Notes: a model not told the origin generated them from the letters alone. 64,000 bases of DNA from Mobula hypostoma (GCF_963921235.1 NC_086097.1:166720001-166784000), one strand, 5' to 3'. Shown: positions 34,483-49,530, numbered from the stretch's first letter. Made by a program: numbers and translations.

Positions 34483-35934
34483 TTTAACTGCATGTATATC
34501 AGTTAATGACTTTCCGAGAATAGATTGATAATGTTGAATTACAACCTGATATTTGTCTGAATGATGCAAAAATGAGAACTCATTTCTCCTTCCCTATTTC
34601 TAAGAATGGGATACAATTACTCTCTGCCTCACCTAACCACCAAACTGTCAGAGATACACCATGCATAGTATCAACAGCAGACCACTAAATATAGGGGGCT
34701 TCCATCATACAAGTCCAGCCCTGTATCTGGCACTATTCCAGCAATAGTTAAAAACTTTAATTTTTCCTTCCACCAAATCTGGAAAGAAGATGGCAGTTTC
34801 CATGCTGTATAACTCTATGAATCAACAACAGATTTGGGTGCAATGCTTGCATTAGATCCTTCTTAACTGCACTCTCTACTGAAGGTTAAAATGCCCACCT
34901 AGTCGGGAACATTCTTTTATAGGTACTTAGGAACATTCTGATGTTGTGAAAGATACTACAGCAATGAAAGAATTTTCAGGAACCCCAGCCAACAGCTAAC
35001 CCAGATTCTTGAGGGGTATGGATAGGGTGAATGCACATAGTGTATTTTTCCCCCAGGGAAGAACTAAAGGGTGTAGTTTTAAGGTAAGAGCTGAAAGATT
35101 TAAGGGGATGGTGCATATTATGAATTGAACTGCCAGAGAAACAGGTTGAAGCAAGTAGAATAATAACATTTAAAAGATATTTGGATAGGAAAGGGTTAGA
35201 AGGCTATGGACTAAAAGCAAGCCAATGGGATTGGCTTGGTTGACACAGGTAAGTTGGGTCATAGAACTTATCTCCATACTGCATTGATCTGAAAACTGTA
35301 ATGAAAATATAACAAAAAGGTTTTGCATCTATTGTTACAAAATTAAGCATTGAAAGAGTGGCTTCTGGAGGTGAACTATATATGTACACAGCCAAAGATG
35401 GAAACCGAAAAACTTATCTTCTTAATCAAAGTTTAAAAATGCAAAGTATGTTGATTTTGACTACCAACTGTTATGTTCCAGAAATACTGGATCAGTCATA
35501 AAGATGAATAAATCATTCTTACTGCAAAAGTGTCTCTGAAACATAATTATGTCTCATAACATAATTATGGTCTGATTGCAGAATTATTCATTTATCAAAA
35601 AATCTCAATTGGAATTTCACCAATGAAATGATAATCTATCAAGTATAGAATTACTATCAACTTTATTACCTTTCTCGCTTACTTATTTTTGGGACTTGAC
35701 CGCATTAGAGACACTTATTCTTTTAACCTGCAATCATGGCTGATCCACCTCAATCATCATCTCCTCTTCTGCTCAGTTCCCCATAACCTCAATTCCTCGA
35801 CCTGACTCCATTTTAAATATTTCTAATGAGCCAGCCTCTACATTACTCTGTGGTAGAGAAATCCAGAGAGACCCCATCGTCTGCAAAAAGGAAGTCTTAT
35901 TCTATCAGTTTTAAATTTGCAGATTAAGTCAGTG

Positions 35935-37190
35935 GAGCAATGTTAGCACTCATTTTGAGAGGACGAGAATATAAAAGCAAGGATGAATTGCTGAGGCTTT
36001 ATAAAGCATTTGTGAGGCCTTACTTGGAGTACTGAAAGCAGTTTTGGGCCTCTTATGTAAGAAAGAATGCGCTGACATTTGAGATGGTTCAGAGGAGGTA
36101 CCTGAGAATGAAAGGCTTATCATATAAGGGGCAATTGATGGATCTGGGCTGTTTCTTGCTGGAATTTAGAAGGATGATTGGGGGGGGGGGGGGGCGGAGA
36201 TCTCATTGAAACATATTGAACGTTGAAAGGCCTAGATATAGTGGATATGGAGAGGATGTTTCCTATGGTCGGAGAGACTTGGACCAGAGTGTACAGCCTC
36301 AGAATAGAGGGATGTCCAATTATAATCTAGATGAAGAGGAATTTCTTTAGCCAGAGAATAGTGAATCTGTGGAATTGCAATGGGCGGCTGTGTGGAGGCC
36401 AGGTCATTGGTTGTATTTAAGGCGGAGGTTGATAGGTTCTTGATTAGTCAGGGTGTGAAAGGTTAGATTGTGAAGACAAGTAGTCCTCTTTTATTGTCAT
36501 TTAGTAATGCATGCATTAAGAAATGATACATTATTTCCTCCGGTGTGATAGCACAAAGCACAGGACAGACCAAGACTGAAAAAACTGACAAAACCATATA
36601 ATTGTAACATATAGTTACAACAGTGCACAATACCATAACTTGATGAAGAAGTCCATGAGCACAGTAAAAGTCCAAAGTCTCTCAAATGTCCCACATCTCA
36701 AGCAGATGGGAGAAGGAAGAAAAACTCTCCCTGCCATGCTGACCACAATCCGACTCTGAGTCATCCGAAAACTTCGAGTTCTGATCAGCTTCCGACACAG
36801 AGTACTGAGCGCCATCTCTGTCCGAACGATTCGACCTCCTTCTCGATCGCCAAAAGCAGGCAAGGCCGGGGATTTTGAGGCCTACCCTCCGAAAGATTCC
36901 CGACCACACAGTAACGACAACAGTGAACGGGCATTTCAGAAATTTCTCCAGATGTTCCTCTGTGCTCTCACGTCCATTCTCCATCGAATCAGAATTGTCC
37001 AAGGCCCCTATTTAACAGATACGATATCATTTTTCACCGGAGGGCTGCGCACACGCAGGCGCGTTGCCATCTTCTCCTCCCACCTCCCAATTACCGGGAG
37101 AAAATGAGAGAAGAGATTGAGAGGGAAATGGATCAGCCATGATGAAATGTTGCAGCAGATTTGATGGACCAAATATCTTAATTCTGCTCA
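35935..37190 (+). mobile_element. CR1 3' fragment interrupted by a 630-bp minus-strand non-autonomous LINE-like element (about 36464-37089)
   Basis: CR1 homology on both sides; the insert has a CpG-rich 5' end with AAGATGGC and a 3' AATAAA. Confidence 0.6.
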
Positions 37191-39860
37191 AAGAAGAAGA
37201 AATAAAATGTCTGATCTCTAATCATGAAACTATGTCCCTTTGTTTGAGATTGTCCCAAGTTCCTAAGTGATCCCTCTGCATTACCCAATTGGGAAGGACC
37301 ACACTTGCCTGGTTCCATTCTTATCTAGAAAGACACAAGACTGCACATGCAGGATGACTCACTGAGTTCTTCCAGCAAATTGTTTTTTGCCCTACTGTTT
37401 TCTATCAGTGTCCCTACCTGCATCCACTATGGATCCAGTCTTGGCTCCTTTCCCATTTTTCATCTGTGCATGCACCTTGGCAACATCATTTTCAGACATA
37501 ATGTCTGTTTTCACATGGATTCTGAGACTTCCCATCCCTAAATCACCACCAGCCCTCTTGTGCCTTCCAACTGCAAGTCTGCCTGTGCGACTAAAGATTT
37601 CCTCCAATGAAGCACTGGGAAGACCAAAGATTCGGCCTCATCAGCTGGCATACAATCACAAAGAAGGCAAGCCACTGGCTGTACTTCATTAGGAGTTTGA
37701 GCAGATTTGGTACATCACACCAAAGACATTTGCAAACGTATACACATATATGATGGAGAGCATTCTGACTGGTTGCTTCACCACCTGGTATGGAAACTCC
37801 AATGCACAGGATCGAAAGATCGGGTTGTAGGCTCAGTCAGCTCCCCATCATCAAGGATATCTTCAAAAAAGGATGTGCCTCAAGAAGGCAGCATCAGCCA
37901 TTAAGGAACTTCACCATCTAGGACATACCCTGTTTTCATTACTGCCATCATGGAGCAGGAAAACCCACATTCAACATTTTAGGCACACCTTCTACCCCTC
38001 CACCATCAGATTTCTGAATGGTCCATGAATCCATGAACACGACCTTGCTACTCCTCTTTTGCACTATTTATCTATTTTTGTAACTTGTAGTAATTTTCTT
38101 ATGTCTTGCAGTCAAGCCACAAAACGACAAATCTCACAATACACGGTATGTCAGTGATTCCAATTCTGACAGAGCTGCTGACGCACAGTTCCAACAACAT
38201 GTGCTGTCTGTATGGAGTGTGCACCCTCTTCCTCTTTCCTCCAACATTCCAAAGACATGCAGTTAGTCGGTCAATTTTGCACTGTAAATTCCCCTGGGGT
38301 GCAGGCGTGAGGTAGAATCTGGGAGGAGTGGCTGGAATTGTGAGGAAAATGAAAAAAAGTGGGATTAGTGCAGATGGATGCCTAATGGTTGGTACAGACC
38401 TGCTGAGCCAGAGGGCCGGGCCCTGTGCTTTATGATGCTATAAATCCTTAACTAGTAACCTTATTCATCTAGAGTCATGGAACCATAGAATTATACAGCA
38501 TGGAGACTGCTCTTTGGCCAGTCATGTCAATACTGGCATCGCTAATCATTCCACACTAATCACATTACCCAGCACTTGGTCTGTAGCTTTCTATGCCCTT
38601 AAGCACTGATCTAAACAGTTCCAAAATGTTAGGAGAGTACGGGTGTCCACCACTTACTCAGGTCACCTCTACCAGTAACTACTTATACCTCTGTATTATC
38701 ATCTGACACCGCCTTGTCTCAGCTTAGCCTCTGCTGAAACCTGCATCTCTTCCTTTGTTAGCTCTGGGTCAGCCTTTTCCAATTCAGTCCACATTGCCTC
38801 TCATCACGGCATCATCACCCTCCTCCCCATACAGAGGTTATCTGATACTTTGCTGACAGCGTCCTAACTCACACAAGTCTCGCTCACTCAGTATACTGGT
38901 TTGCATTGGTGCTCTTTTAAGCAATGCCTTGATTTTTAAAAAAGTCATCAGCTTCGTATCTCTTCATGGTTTTCATCCTGCACAGGGCTTTGTGGGTGGA
39001 GAATGGGAAAGTAGATGAAAGCAAACTGAGAACAACAAATAGGAAGCCTGCATTACCTATTCTTTCCCGAATACCAATCGGGCCTTAACAGTACTTTGAA
39101 TATGCCACACACACAAAATCTCTCCTGTTGCAAAATGTACTCAATAACATTACTTCATGTCACTCACAGGTACATTGCCCACTGACATCAATAACAATAA
39201 AAATACATAAAACATTCTTAATCCACTCCTCAGGTTTTCACAGTCCTCCAGTAAAGGTGATATGGTTTCTAACATTTGTAAATATTAGTTTCAAAAACAA
39301 CCAGGGTCCAAGATAAACAAACAATAAATTTGTTAGGTAGTATGCTTCCAATAAAATATGTAGGAACTTTTTTTTAACTCTGCTAGATCATTGGTTATGT
39401 GTATAAAGTATATATGTTGACAGCATTCCAGTCAATAGCCAAGGGCATATTCTGGGAGCAACTCTCATGGATGTTGGATTATAATTGGTTTAGCCATGAC
39501 GCCAACATAGAGATAAAAGGCCTCTTAATTGTCAATGAGACAGAGATGGCCTTTAACACATGGTTCCTGCAATGAAGATACAGTACTGTATTTACTCCTG
39601 TAAATGCCTGCAAAAATGAATTTCAATGTGGTATATGATGACATACAGTATAGGTACTTTGATAATAAATTTACTTTGATTTGACTTGAGGTATGTGCTC
39701 ATATAAATTCAACTGTGCTTCAAATAACACATATCAAATACAAAACATTGTTGTTCACCCGCAGCTGTAATGAGCTGTCAAGATGTATAAATGATATTGG
39801 TCAATTGTAGAATTAAAATGCATGCAGCAGGCATGCATTCCATAGAATATGCTGAAATAC

Positions 39861-39982
39861 CTTCATCATCATCATCTTCCTGCTTCACCTTATTACCCTG
39901 CGCATCAACTGACTGTGTCAAACTCAGCATTCTCTCTTTGCCTTTTTTATACTTCTGCTGTCTTGTTTTGATGCGATCCATC
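39861..39982 (-). CDS. PIEZO2: PIEZO2 exon (122 nt, phase 2->1): (Q)MDRIKTRQQKYKKGKERMLSLTQSVDAQGNKVKQEDDDDE
   Basis: aaacag|G ... GAAG|gtattt; overlaps ORF 39778..39981. Confidence 0.93.
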
Positions 39983-40052
39983 CTGTTTAGAGTAAATGAT
40001 TTGTGTGTGAATGGAGCCTGAATAATTATACATTAGGTAATGATTCTTTAAC

Positions 40053-42958
40053 CATAGAACACTACAGCACAGAAAACAGGCCATTCGGCCCTTCTAGTCT
40101 GTGCTGAAACTTTATTTCACTAGTCCCATTGACCTGCACCCAATCCATAACCCTCCAGACCTCTCCCATCCATGTATCTATCCAATTTATTCTTAAAACT
40201 TAAGAGTGAGCCTGCATTTACCACATCAGATGGCAGCTTGTTCCACACTCCCACCACTCTCTGAGTAAAGAAGTTCCCCCTAATGTTCCCCCTAAATCTT
40301 TCCCCTTTCACCTTAAAACCCCGTCCTCTCGTATTTATATCTCCTAATCTAAGTGGAAAGAGCCTACTTGCATTTACTCTGTCTATACCCCTCATAATTT
40401 TGTAAACCTCTATCAAATCCTGCCTCATTCCTCTACGCTCCAAGGAATAAAGTCCTAACCTGTTCAATGTTTCCCTGTAACTCAACTTCTGAAGACCCGG
40501 CAACATCCTAGTAAATCTTCTCTGCACTCTTTCAATCTTACTGATATCCTTCCTATAGTTAGGTGACCAGAACTGCACACAATACTCCAAATTTGGCCTC
40601 ACCAATGTCTTATACAACCTCACCATAACATCCCAACTCCTATACTCAATACTTTGATTTATGAATGCCAGGATGCCAAAAGCCTTCTTTACAACCCTGT
40701 CTACCTGTGATGCCACTTTCAGGGAATTATGTGTCTAAACTCCCAGATCCCTTTGTTCCTCTGCACTCCTCAGTGCCCTACCATTTACCGTGTATGTCCT
40801 ACCTTGATTTGTCCTTCTAAAATGCAACACCTCACACTTGTCTGCATTAAATTCCATCTGCCATTTTCTGGCCCATTTGTCCTGTTGGTCCAGATCCCTC
40901 TGCAAGCTTTGAAAGCCTTCCTCTCTGTCCACAATGCCTCCAATCTTAGTGTCATCAGCAAACTTGCTGATCCAGTTTACCACATTATCATCTAGATCAT
41001 TGATATAGACAACAAACAACAATGGTCCCAGCACAGATCCCTGAGGCACACCACTAGTCACAGGCCTCCAGTCTGAGAAGCAATTATCCACTACCACTCT
41101 CTGTCTTCTCCCACACAGCCAATTTTGAATCCAGTTTACAACCTCTCCATGGATACCTAGTGTCTGAACTTTCTGAACTAACCTCCCATGTGGGACTTGT
41201 CTAAGGCCTTACTAAACTCCATGTAGACAACATCCACAGCCTTTCCTTCATCTACTTTCTTGGTAACCTCCTCGAAAAACTCTACAAGGTTCGTTAAACA
41301 CGACCTACCATGCACAAAGCCATGCTGACCATCCTTAATCAGTCCTTGGCTGTCGAAATACTTGTATATCCGATCTCTCAGAACACCTTCCAATAACTGA
41401 CCTACTACCGATATCAGGCTCACCGGCCTGTAATTACCTGGTTTACTTTTGGAGCCTGTTTTAAACAACAGAACAATATTAGCTACCCTCCAATCCTCTG
41501 GCACCACACCCGTGGCTAAGGACATTTTAAATATTTCTGCCAGGGCCCCTGCAATTTCTACACTAGCCTCTCTCAAGGTCCGAGGAAATATCATGTCAGG
41601 GCCGGGGGAGTTATCTACCTTTATTCACTGTAAGGCAGCAAGCACCTCCTCCTCCTCTTTAATCTCTATATGTTCCATAACACTACTTCTTGTTTTCCCT
41701 TCCTTCCATATATGCTATGCCAGTTTTCTGAGTAAATACTGATGCAAAAAAACTGTTTAAGGTCTCCCCCATCTCGTGAGGCTCCACACAGAGATGACCA
41801 CTGTGATCTTCTAGGGCACCAATTTTGTCCCTTACTATCCTTTTACTCTTAATATACTTGTAGAAACCCTTCGGGATTACCTTCACATTATCTGCCAAAG
41901 CAACCTCATGTCTTCTTTTTGCCTTCCTGATTTCCTTCTTTAGTATTTTCTTACATTTTCTATACTCTTCAAGTACCTCATTTGTTCTTTGTTGTCTAAA
42001 CCTGCTTTACACTTCTCTCTTTTTCTTAACCCGATTGCCAATATCCCTTGAAAACCAAGGTTCCCTATGCCTGTTAACTTTGCCTTTAATCCTGGCAGGA
42101 ACATGCAAACTCTGCATTCTCAAAATTTCGCCTTTGAAGGCCTTCCACTTATTGAACACATCCTTGGCCAGAAAACAACTTATCCCAATCCACTCTTCCA
42201 AGATCCTTTCTCGTTTCCACAAAATTGGCCCTTCTCCAATTTAGAACCTCAACTCGAGGACCAGACCTATCCTTATCCATAATTAACTTGAAACTAATGA
42301 CATTATGTTCACTGGACCCAAAATGTTTGCCTACACATACCTCTGTCACCTGACCTGTCTGGTTCCCTAATAGGAGATCAAGTATTGCATCCTCTCTCAT
42401 AGGTACCTCTACATATTGATTTAGAAAACTTTCCTGAACATATTTGACAAACTCCAAGTCATCTAGCCCTTTCACAGTGTGGGAATCCCAGTCAATATGT
42501 GGAAAGTTAAAATCCTCTACTATTACAACCTTCTGTTTCTTACATCGGTCTGCTATCTCTCTACAGATTTGCTTCTCCAATTCTCTCTGACTATTGGGCA
42601 GTCTATAATACAACCCTATCAGTGTGGTCACACCTTTCCCGTTCCTCAGCTCCACCCATATGACCTCTGTAGACAAGCCCTCTGGGCTGTCCTGTCTACA
42701 CACAGCTGTGACATTCTCCCTGACTAGTAATGCCACTCCTCCCCCTTTCATCCCTCCCCCTCTATCACGCCTGAAACAACGGAACCCCGGAACATTAAGG
42801 TGCCAGTCCTGCCCCTGCTGCAACCAAGTCTCGCTAATAGCAATAATGTCATAATCCCACATGCCAATCCACACCGTAAGCTCATCTGCCTTACCTACAA
42901 TACTCCATGCATTGAAATAGATGCACCTGAGAACATTTCTATCATGTACAAACCTTAA
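40053..42958 (-). mobile_element. CR1 LINE, near-complete ORF2 (APE + RT) with several disablements
   Basis: ORFs 42149..42967 (YFNA, ISETW, DFN), 41178..41594, 40735..41097 (GVPQGSVLGP, FADD), 40120..40716; probable TSD CTTTAAC at 40046-40052 and 42959-42965. Confidence 0.93.
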
Positions 42959-43038
42959 CTTTAACAAGCATTCAACAAGAAGTCATATAATTCTCTGGAA
43001 AGGTATACTCATACAAGGTATCACATAGAATGGCCTAC

Positions 43039-43128
43039 TGTCTCTTGAGTTGGTCCATTGACTTCTTTTCCTCTTCGAGTCTAGCCTTCACAGCTTTTAC
43101 AATTGTTGCTTGAAATAGTTCTGCACCT
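43039..43128 (-). CDS. PIEZO2: PIEZO2 exon (90 nt, phase 2->2): (R)GAELFQATIVKAVKARLEEEKKSMDQLKR
   Basis: gttacag|A ... GACA|gtaggc; beam helix, almost identical to human. Confidence 0.95.
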
Positions 43129-43382
43129 CTGTAACAATACATGAGGCATTTATAGAAAACAGAAAATTATTACCAAATAAAAGCTACACTTTAAATGCTT
43201 CTTTAAATAAAATATTGATCATTTGACACTAAAATGTTTCTTCCAAAAATGAAGAACTTTCAATACAGTCAATGGAAGAATGGCACAAACTAATTAAAAG
43301 CGGTTAGATTAATGAATGTTTATAGTAAAATGATAGATTTATACTGAGTTATCTTCAGTCCCATATTAATGTTAGGACTTAC

Positions 43383-43548
43383 CTTGATGCAAGTATTTGA
43401 GCGGATTTTATGTCCGCCACTACGTGCAGGAAATAGTAACTCATAAAGACTCTCCTCTGTAGCAGTAGAAAGGAGAAACATATACTATCCCATATAATGC
43501 CTGCTTCACCACTTGGCAATGGGCATTTCTTAAGGTTCTCTGGAGGGG
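43383..43548 (-). CDS. PIEZO2: PIEZO2 exon (166 nt, phase 1->2): PPPENLKKCPLPSGEAGIIWDSICFSFLLLQRRVFMSYYFLHVVADIKSAQILAS
   Basis: ttccacag|CC ... TCAAG|gtaagt; strong identity to human; leads into the beam. Confidence 0.95.
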
Positions 43549-45184
43549 CTGTGGAAGAAAAATATTCTTTCAGCCCAGCAACAAATCAAAGTTGGTAAAT
43601 TGATTTGTTAATTTCATGTGTACTAGGGGACAGTGAAAAACTTTGTTTTGCAAGCTAACCACAGGGATGATTTCATCAGCTAAGTGCACTGAGGTAGTAC
43701 AAGTATAAAGCAAGAACAGAATGCCAAGTAATATGTTACAGAGAAAGTGCAAACAGTAAGATGCAAGGCCATAATGAGGTAGATTGTAATGATCGTCGAC
43801 TTATGCACTGCACTAAATCTTGCCCACTTTTAGATTCAGATTCATTTATTTCTCGCATGTACATCAAACCAGAGTGAAACGTGTTATTAAATTTCACCAG
43901 AACATCTTTACTCTTAAAGATAAATGAATACATCTGAAATATGTAAGTTCCATGAACACTGATGAAATATTCAAACATTCCCTTTATTTCAAACTAAAGG
44001 ATAACCAACACCGGTAATAAAGTCCTTCCCAAACTTCTGCTCGTAAGTGATGATCAAATTGGGTAAGGCACTGAACTGGTGTTGGTGAGGCCTCACCTAA
44101 TTACAAACAGCACACCACAAACCAATTTCAACGATAATTTCAAATCATGGTCAAAAGGAAATGGGCAGCTGGAGCAACAGTTTTTCACTGAAAGTGATAA
44201 ATATACAGGATACACTACAGAAAATGTGGTGGGATAAGGACATCTTAAAGAAATGAAAGAATATCTACTTAACTGCTTGTCAGTTCATAGTATCCATTAT
44301 AATCAAATCTGGCAATGTATTGGAAGTTGATTTTGCATGTGGGTCTCTGACTAACTTCTAAAAATTGTACGATTCCTTTGATAACCTCATTGACCACATT
44401 GATGTACTTTTGGAAATTAGGTTACAGAGATAACGATTCCATTATTTGTAAACTAAATGATGCCATGTGACAATGTTCGTACAACTGAAAATACATGTTT
44501 TAACTTTATATGGTCTGTGCTGCAGGATTAACATTGAAACTATTTTGGTGAATAGAGCACACACATTCATTCTTGTTTGTATGCAATAAAAGGAGATGTT
44601 GTAATAGGGTGTGTCAGACTGAATCTCAACAGCTCTGGCTGGCTGCTCCAAACTAAATTGCTTGTGTTCAGCCATTCCACCTGAAGCTGATGCTAAACTT
44701 GTTTGCATGCACAAGTCTTGGAATTACTCTTAGATTATATTGGAGAGTTGGGAGCAGGATCTGAGACCCCTTTAGTTCAATTAGATTATAAGGAAATATT
44801 TATTTATTTATTATTTACATTTAATGATTGTAATTATTTTTGTCCTTTTATATATTTAATTTAACATTTTTTAACAATTATGCTACTTTTTAAAAACTAG
44901 TAAGTTATTTGTTGATGGTTCTACATTGTTCACTTCAATGTTAAGCATTAAATCATTTCCATATATCACAGACAGCTGAAACCCAGTAAAGTCCATCGCA
45001 ACATTAATAGAAGCAAAGTTTATGAGGGGTCAGGTTGGTCACACTCCAAACCTCTTTACTTATTGTAAGCGTTAGCATGATCGAACGTCCACATCTGGAC
45101 TAAGCATGGATCTGACAGACAACAATTGGAGTGGCAGGTTTCATCCAATGCTGTCAGGCCCATTTAATCTGGATTATTGAAGGC

Positions 45185-47300
45185 ATAGAATCATGGAGTC
45201 ATAGAACAGTACAGCGCAGAAACAGGCCCTTTTGCCCATCTTGTCCATGCCAAAACATGAATCTGCCTAGTCCCATCAAGCTGCACCTGCACCATAGCCC
45301 TCCAAACCCCTCCCACTCATGTACATATCCAAATTTCTCTCAAGTGTTGAATCGACTCAGCATCCAGCACTTGCACTAGCAGCTCATCCCATACTCTCAC
45401 CAACCTCTCCCCTAAACAATTCACCTTTCACATTTAACTCTAGTTGTAGTCTCAGCCAACCTCAGCGAAAAAGCTTGCATGCTTTTACCCTATCTATACC
45501 CCTCATAATTTTGTATACCTCCATCAAATCTGCTCTCAATCTTCGATGTTCTAAGGAATAAAGTCCTAACCTATTCAACCTTTCCCTATAACTCAGGTCC
45601 TTAAATCCTGGCAACTCACCATTATCTTATACGATTTCAACAAAATATCCCAACTCCTGCACTGAATATATTGTTTTGCCAATGTGCCAAAAGCTTTCTT
45701 TATGACCCTATCCATCTGTGATGCTACTTTCAAGGAATTATGGATCTCGTGTAAGCGCTACCCCGGTCGGTCCTCCCAAAGAGCAACTCCTCACACTCGT
45801 CTGCATTAAATTCCCTCTGCCATTTTTCAGCCCATTTCACAAGCTGGTCCAGATCTCATTGCAAGCTTTGATAGCCTTCCTCACTGTCCGCTACACCCCC
45901 AATCTTGGTGTCATCCGGAAATTTGCTGATCCAGTTCATCACATTATCATTCAAATCACTGACATAGATGACAAACAACGGACCCAACACCAATCCCTGC
46001 AGCTCACCACTAGTCCAAGTCCTCCTGTCAGAGGGAACTATCTACAGCCACTCTCTGATGTCTTCTGCCAATGATTAATCAAATTTACGACCTCATCTTG
46101 AATGCCAAGCGATTGAACCTTCTTGACCAACCTCCCATGCATACCCTTGTTAAACGCCTTGCTAAATTCCATGCAGACAAAATCCACTGCCTTACCTTCA
46201 TCAATTTTCCTGGTAACTTCTTCAAAATACTTTGTAAGATTGTTCAGACATGATGTAACACACCTGCCATGCTGACAATCCCAAATCAATCCCTGTCGAT
46301 CTAAATAATTATATATTCGGTCCCTTAGAATACGTCCAATAACATCCCCACTACAGATGCCAGGCTCACAAGCCTAAATTTTGCTGGATTATTCTTAAAG
46401 CCTTTCTTAAACAACGGAATAACTTTAGCTATCCTGCAGTTCTCTGGAACCTCACTCATAGCTAAGGATGTTTTAAATATCTCTGTTAAGGCCCCTGCAA
46501 TTTTTGCACTAGCTTCCCAAGGATCCGAGTGAAAGCCCTGAGGATTTATCCATCCTAATTTGCCTCAAGACAACAAACATCTCCTCTGTAAGCTGTATAG
46601 GGTCCATAACCTCGCTGCTGCTTTGCCTCACATCTATAGACTCTGTGTCTGTTTCCCGAGTAAATACAGATGCAAAAACTCTAAGATCTCCCTCGTCTCT
46701 TTCAGCTCCATGCATAGATTACTATTCTGATCTTCCAGTGGACCAATTTTGTCCTTTGCCATCCTTTTGTTCTTAATATATCTGTAGAAACCTTTAAGAT
46801 TCTCCTTGTCTGCTAGAGTAACCTCATCTCTTCTCTTAGCCCTCCTGATTTCCTCAAGGGTTCTCTTGCATTTCTTCTATTCTTCACATACGTCATTTGT
46901 TCCTGCCTGCCTATACCTGCTATGCATCACATTCTTTTTCCTAACCAGGGCCTCAATATCTCTCGAAAACCAAGGTTCCCTAAACTTGTTATCTTTTCCT
47001 TTTATTCTGATAGGAATATACAAACTCTGTGCTCTCGAAATTTCACTTTTGGAGGTGACCCACTTAACAAGGACACCTTTGCCATGAAACAACTTGTCCC
47101 AATTCACACTTGCCTGGTCCTTTTTGATATCATCAGAATTGGCCTTTCTTTAATTTAGAATCTCAACCCAAACACCACACCTATCCTTTTTCATAATTAC
47201 ATTGTCACGGCATAAAGGTCACTAGATCCAAAGTGTTTCCCTACACAAACTTCTGTTATCTTACCCACCCTGTCTCATTCCCTAATAGGAGATCTAGTGT
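45185..47300 (-). mobile_element. Decayed CR1 ORF2, same family as 40053-42958
   Basis: EEVTRKIDEGKAVD and FREPWFSRDIEALV peptides. Confidence 0.85.
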
Positions 47301-47426
47301 CTCAGGTCAATGGAGTTAATGTTGGAAGCAGAGCACAAAAAAGATATTGAACTTTTCAAATATATAGCCCAAGTTGAAATTTTGCTCCTATGTGAAATAG
47401 AAAAGCTAAATGGATTGATTACTTAC

Positions 47427-47523
47427 GCTCATCGTAGCCCTTAACAGTACAGACGAGGCCAAATGTTTGGATGAACCAACAACCTCTCAAAACCAAAGAA
47501 TTGATATAGGCACATGCTCCTAT
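47427..47523 (-). CDS. PIEZO2: PIEZO2 exon (97 nt, phase 0->1): IGACAYINSLVLRGCWFIQTFGLVCTVKGYDE
   Basis: gttacag|ATA ... GAGC|gtaagt; matches human IGACGYI...CWLIQAFSLACTVKGY. Confidence 0.93.
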
Positions 47524-47559
47524 CTGTAACAGAAATACATATTCATGAATAGATTAGTG

Positions 47560-49530
47560 TAAATTAAATGCTTGCAAGTGCTTTCCTCTGGAGCAGCTGA
47601 GGCTGAGGGGAGACTTGAAAAGAGTTTATGGCAAATTAATTAATTGGCAGTGTTCGGGACACCACGACAAATTCCACCATGCCAGTTCAGGAACTTAAGT
47701 TTTGGTAATTAAAATTTGGAATTCTATAAGATCATGGCTGATCTGGCCATGGACTCATCTCCACCTACCTGCCTTTTCCCCATAACCCTTAATTCCCCTA
47801 CAATGCAAAAATCTGTACGGGGCAGGTCATGGTTCAGAGACTTAATTGAGTTTTTTGATTGATGAGGGGAGGGCAGATGGCATTGTCTACATAGATTTTA
47901 GTAAGGCATATGACAAGATAAGTTGATACAGAATGCTAAATTGCCTGGGTTCCTCAGTGACCTGGATGAAATGTAGATCGGTAGGTCAGTAAGTTTGTAG
48001 ACAACACTAAGACTGTTGGAGTCATGGACAATGTGGAAGCTTGTCAAAGGACAGGGTGGAATATAATTCCACTCAGGTAACAGTGGAAAAATGGCAGATG
48101 GGAGTTTCATCTGTACAAGTGTGAAGTGTTACAACTTTGGGAGGTTAATGTCAGGGGAAAGTTTACAGTCAATGGCAGGACCTTTAACAGCACTGATGTA
48201 AAGAGTGATCTTTGGGTGCGAGTCCATAGTTCATTGAAATTGGCCACACAAGTAGATAAGGTGGTAAAGAAGGCAAATGGCATGCTTGCTTTCATTGGTC
48301 AGGGCACTGAGTATAAGTCAGGAAATTATGCTACAGTGATATAAAACTTCAGTTAGATTGCACCTGGTATTTAGTGTGTAGTTCTGGTTGCCTCATTACA
48401 GGAAGGATATGGAAGCTTTAGAGAGGGTGCAGAAGAGATTTACTAGGATACTGCGTGGATTAGAGTATATGATCTATGAGGAGAGGCTGGACAACCTTAG
48501 ATTGTTTCCTCTGGAGCAGCAGAGACTGATGGGGGACTTGATAAGAGTTTATCAGTTTAAAAGAGGCATCGTCATAATTTTTTCATAGGGTAGAAATGCC
48601 AAGTAGTAGAGTACATGTATTCAAGGTGAGAGGGGGTAAGGTTTAAAGGAACCATGGCAAGTTATTTATTTATTTATCTTTACACAGAGAGTGGTAGGTG
48701 TCTGAAATGATTTTCTAGGGGGTTGTGTTGGAAGCTGATGTGATAGTGGCTTTTAGATGAACACGGAGGTATCAATGGTTATGAATCATACGTTGGCAGA
48801 AAATAATTAGTTTAATTTGTCATCACATTTGGTGCAGACATTGGGAGGCAAAGCATCTTTTCAGGTGCTGTATAGTACAATCTATCTTCTATGTTTAAAA
48901 TCAATTTGAAATTGAAGAAAAATAGCTGGTCTGAGACAAGGCAAACATGAAACCACAGATGGTAGTAAGACTCCACCTCGTTCACATCTCCATCTTGGTG
49001 AAGGAAAACTGTTGTCCCTGCTCAGTTTGGTTGAGATGTGATTCTCGGCATTCTTGAGATATATGGCATGCTCGCCTTTAACTGTCAATGCATTGAGTTC
49101 AAGAGTAACAAAATAATGTTGCAGTTTTACAAAACTTTGGTTAGACAGCATCTGGAATAATAGTTCAGTTCTGGTCATTCCATTATAAGAAGGATGTGGA
49201 GGCTTTGGAAATGGTGCAGAAATAATTTGCCGATATGTTGCCTAGAGTAGAGGGATACAAGAAGAGGACAGACAAAGTAGAGTTGTTTCTTCTGGATCAG
49301 TGGTGATTGAGCAGGAGACTTGATAGAAGTTAAAAAAAAAAGAAATAGATAGACAGTTTATATCTTTTACCCAGGAGTGCCAAGGGTAATGGTGGAACAG
49401 ACAATCATATAGAATTGTAGAAAATAGAGGGATATGGACCACATGCAGACAAAAGGGATTTGTCTAATGAGGTGAATTATTTTTGCACAATGTTGTAGGA
49501 CAAAGGGCCCACTCCTGTGCTGAAATGTTT
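47560..49530 (+). mobile_element. Cluster of decayed CR1 RT/3' fragments
   Basis: QVDKVVKKANGMLAFIG and YRKDMEALERVQKRFTR peptides; boundaries approximate. Confidence 0.75.
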
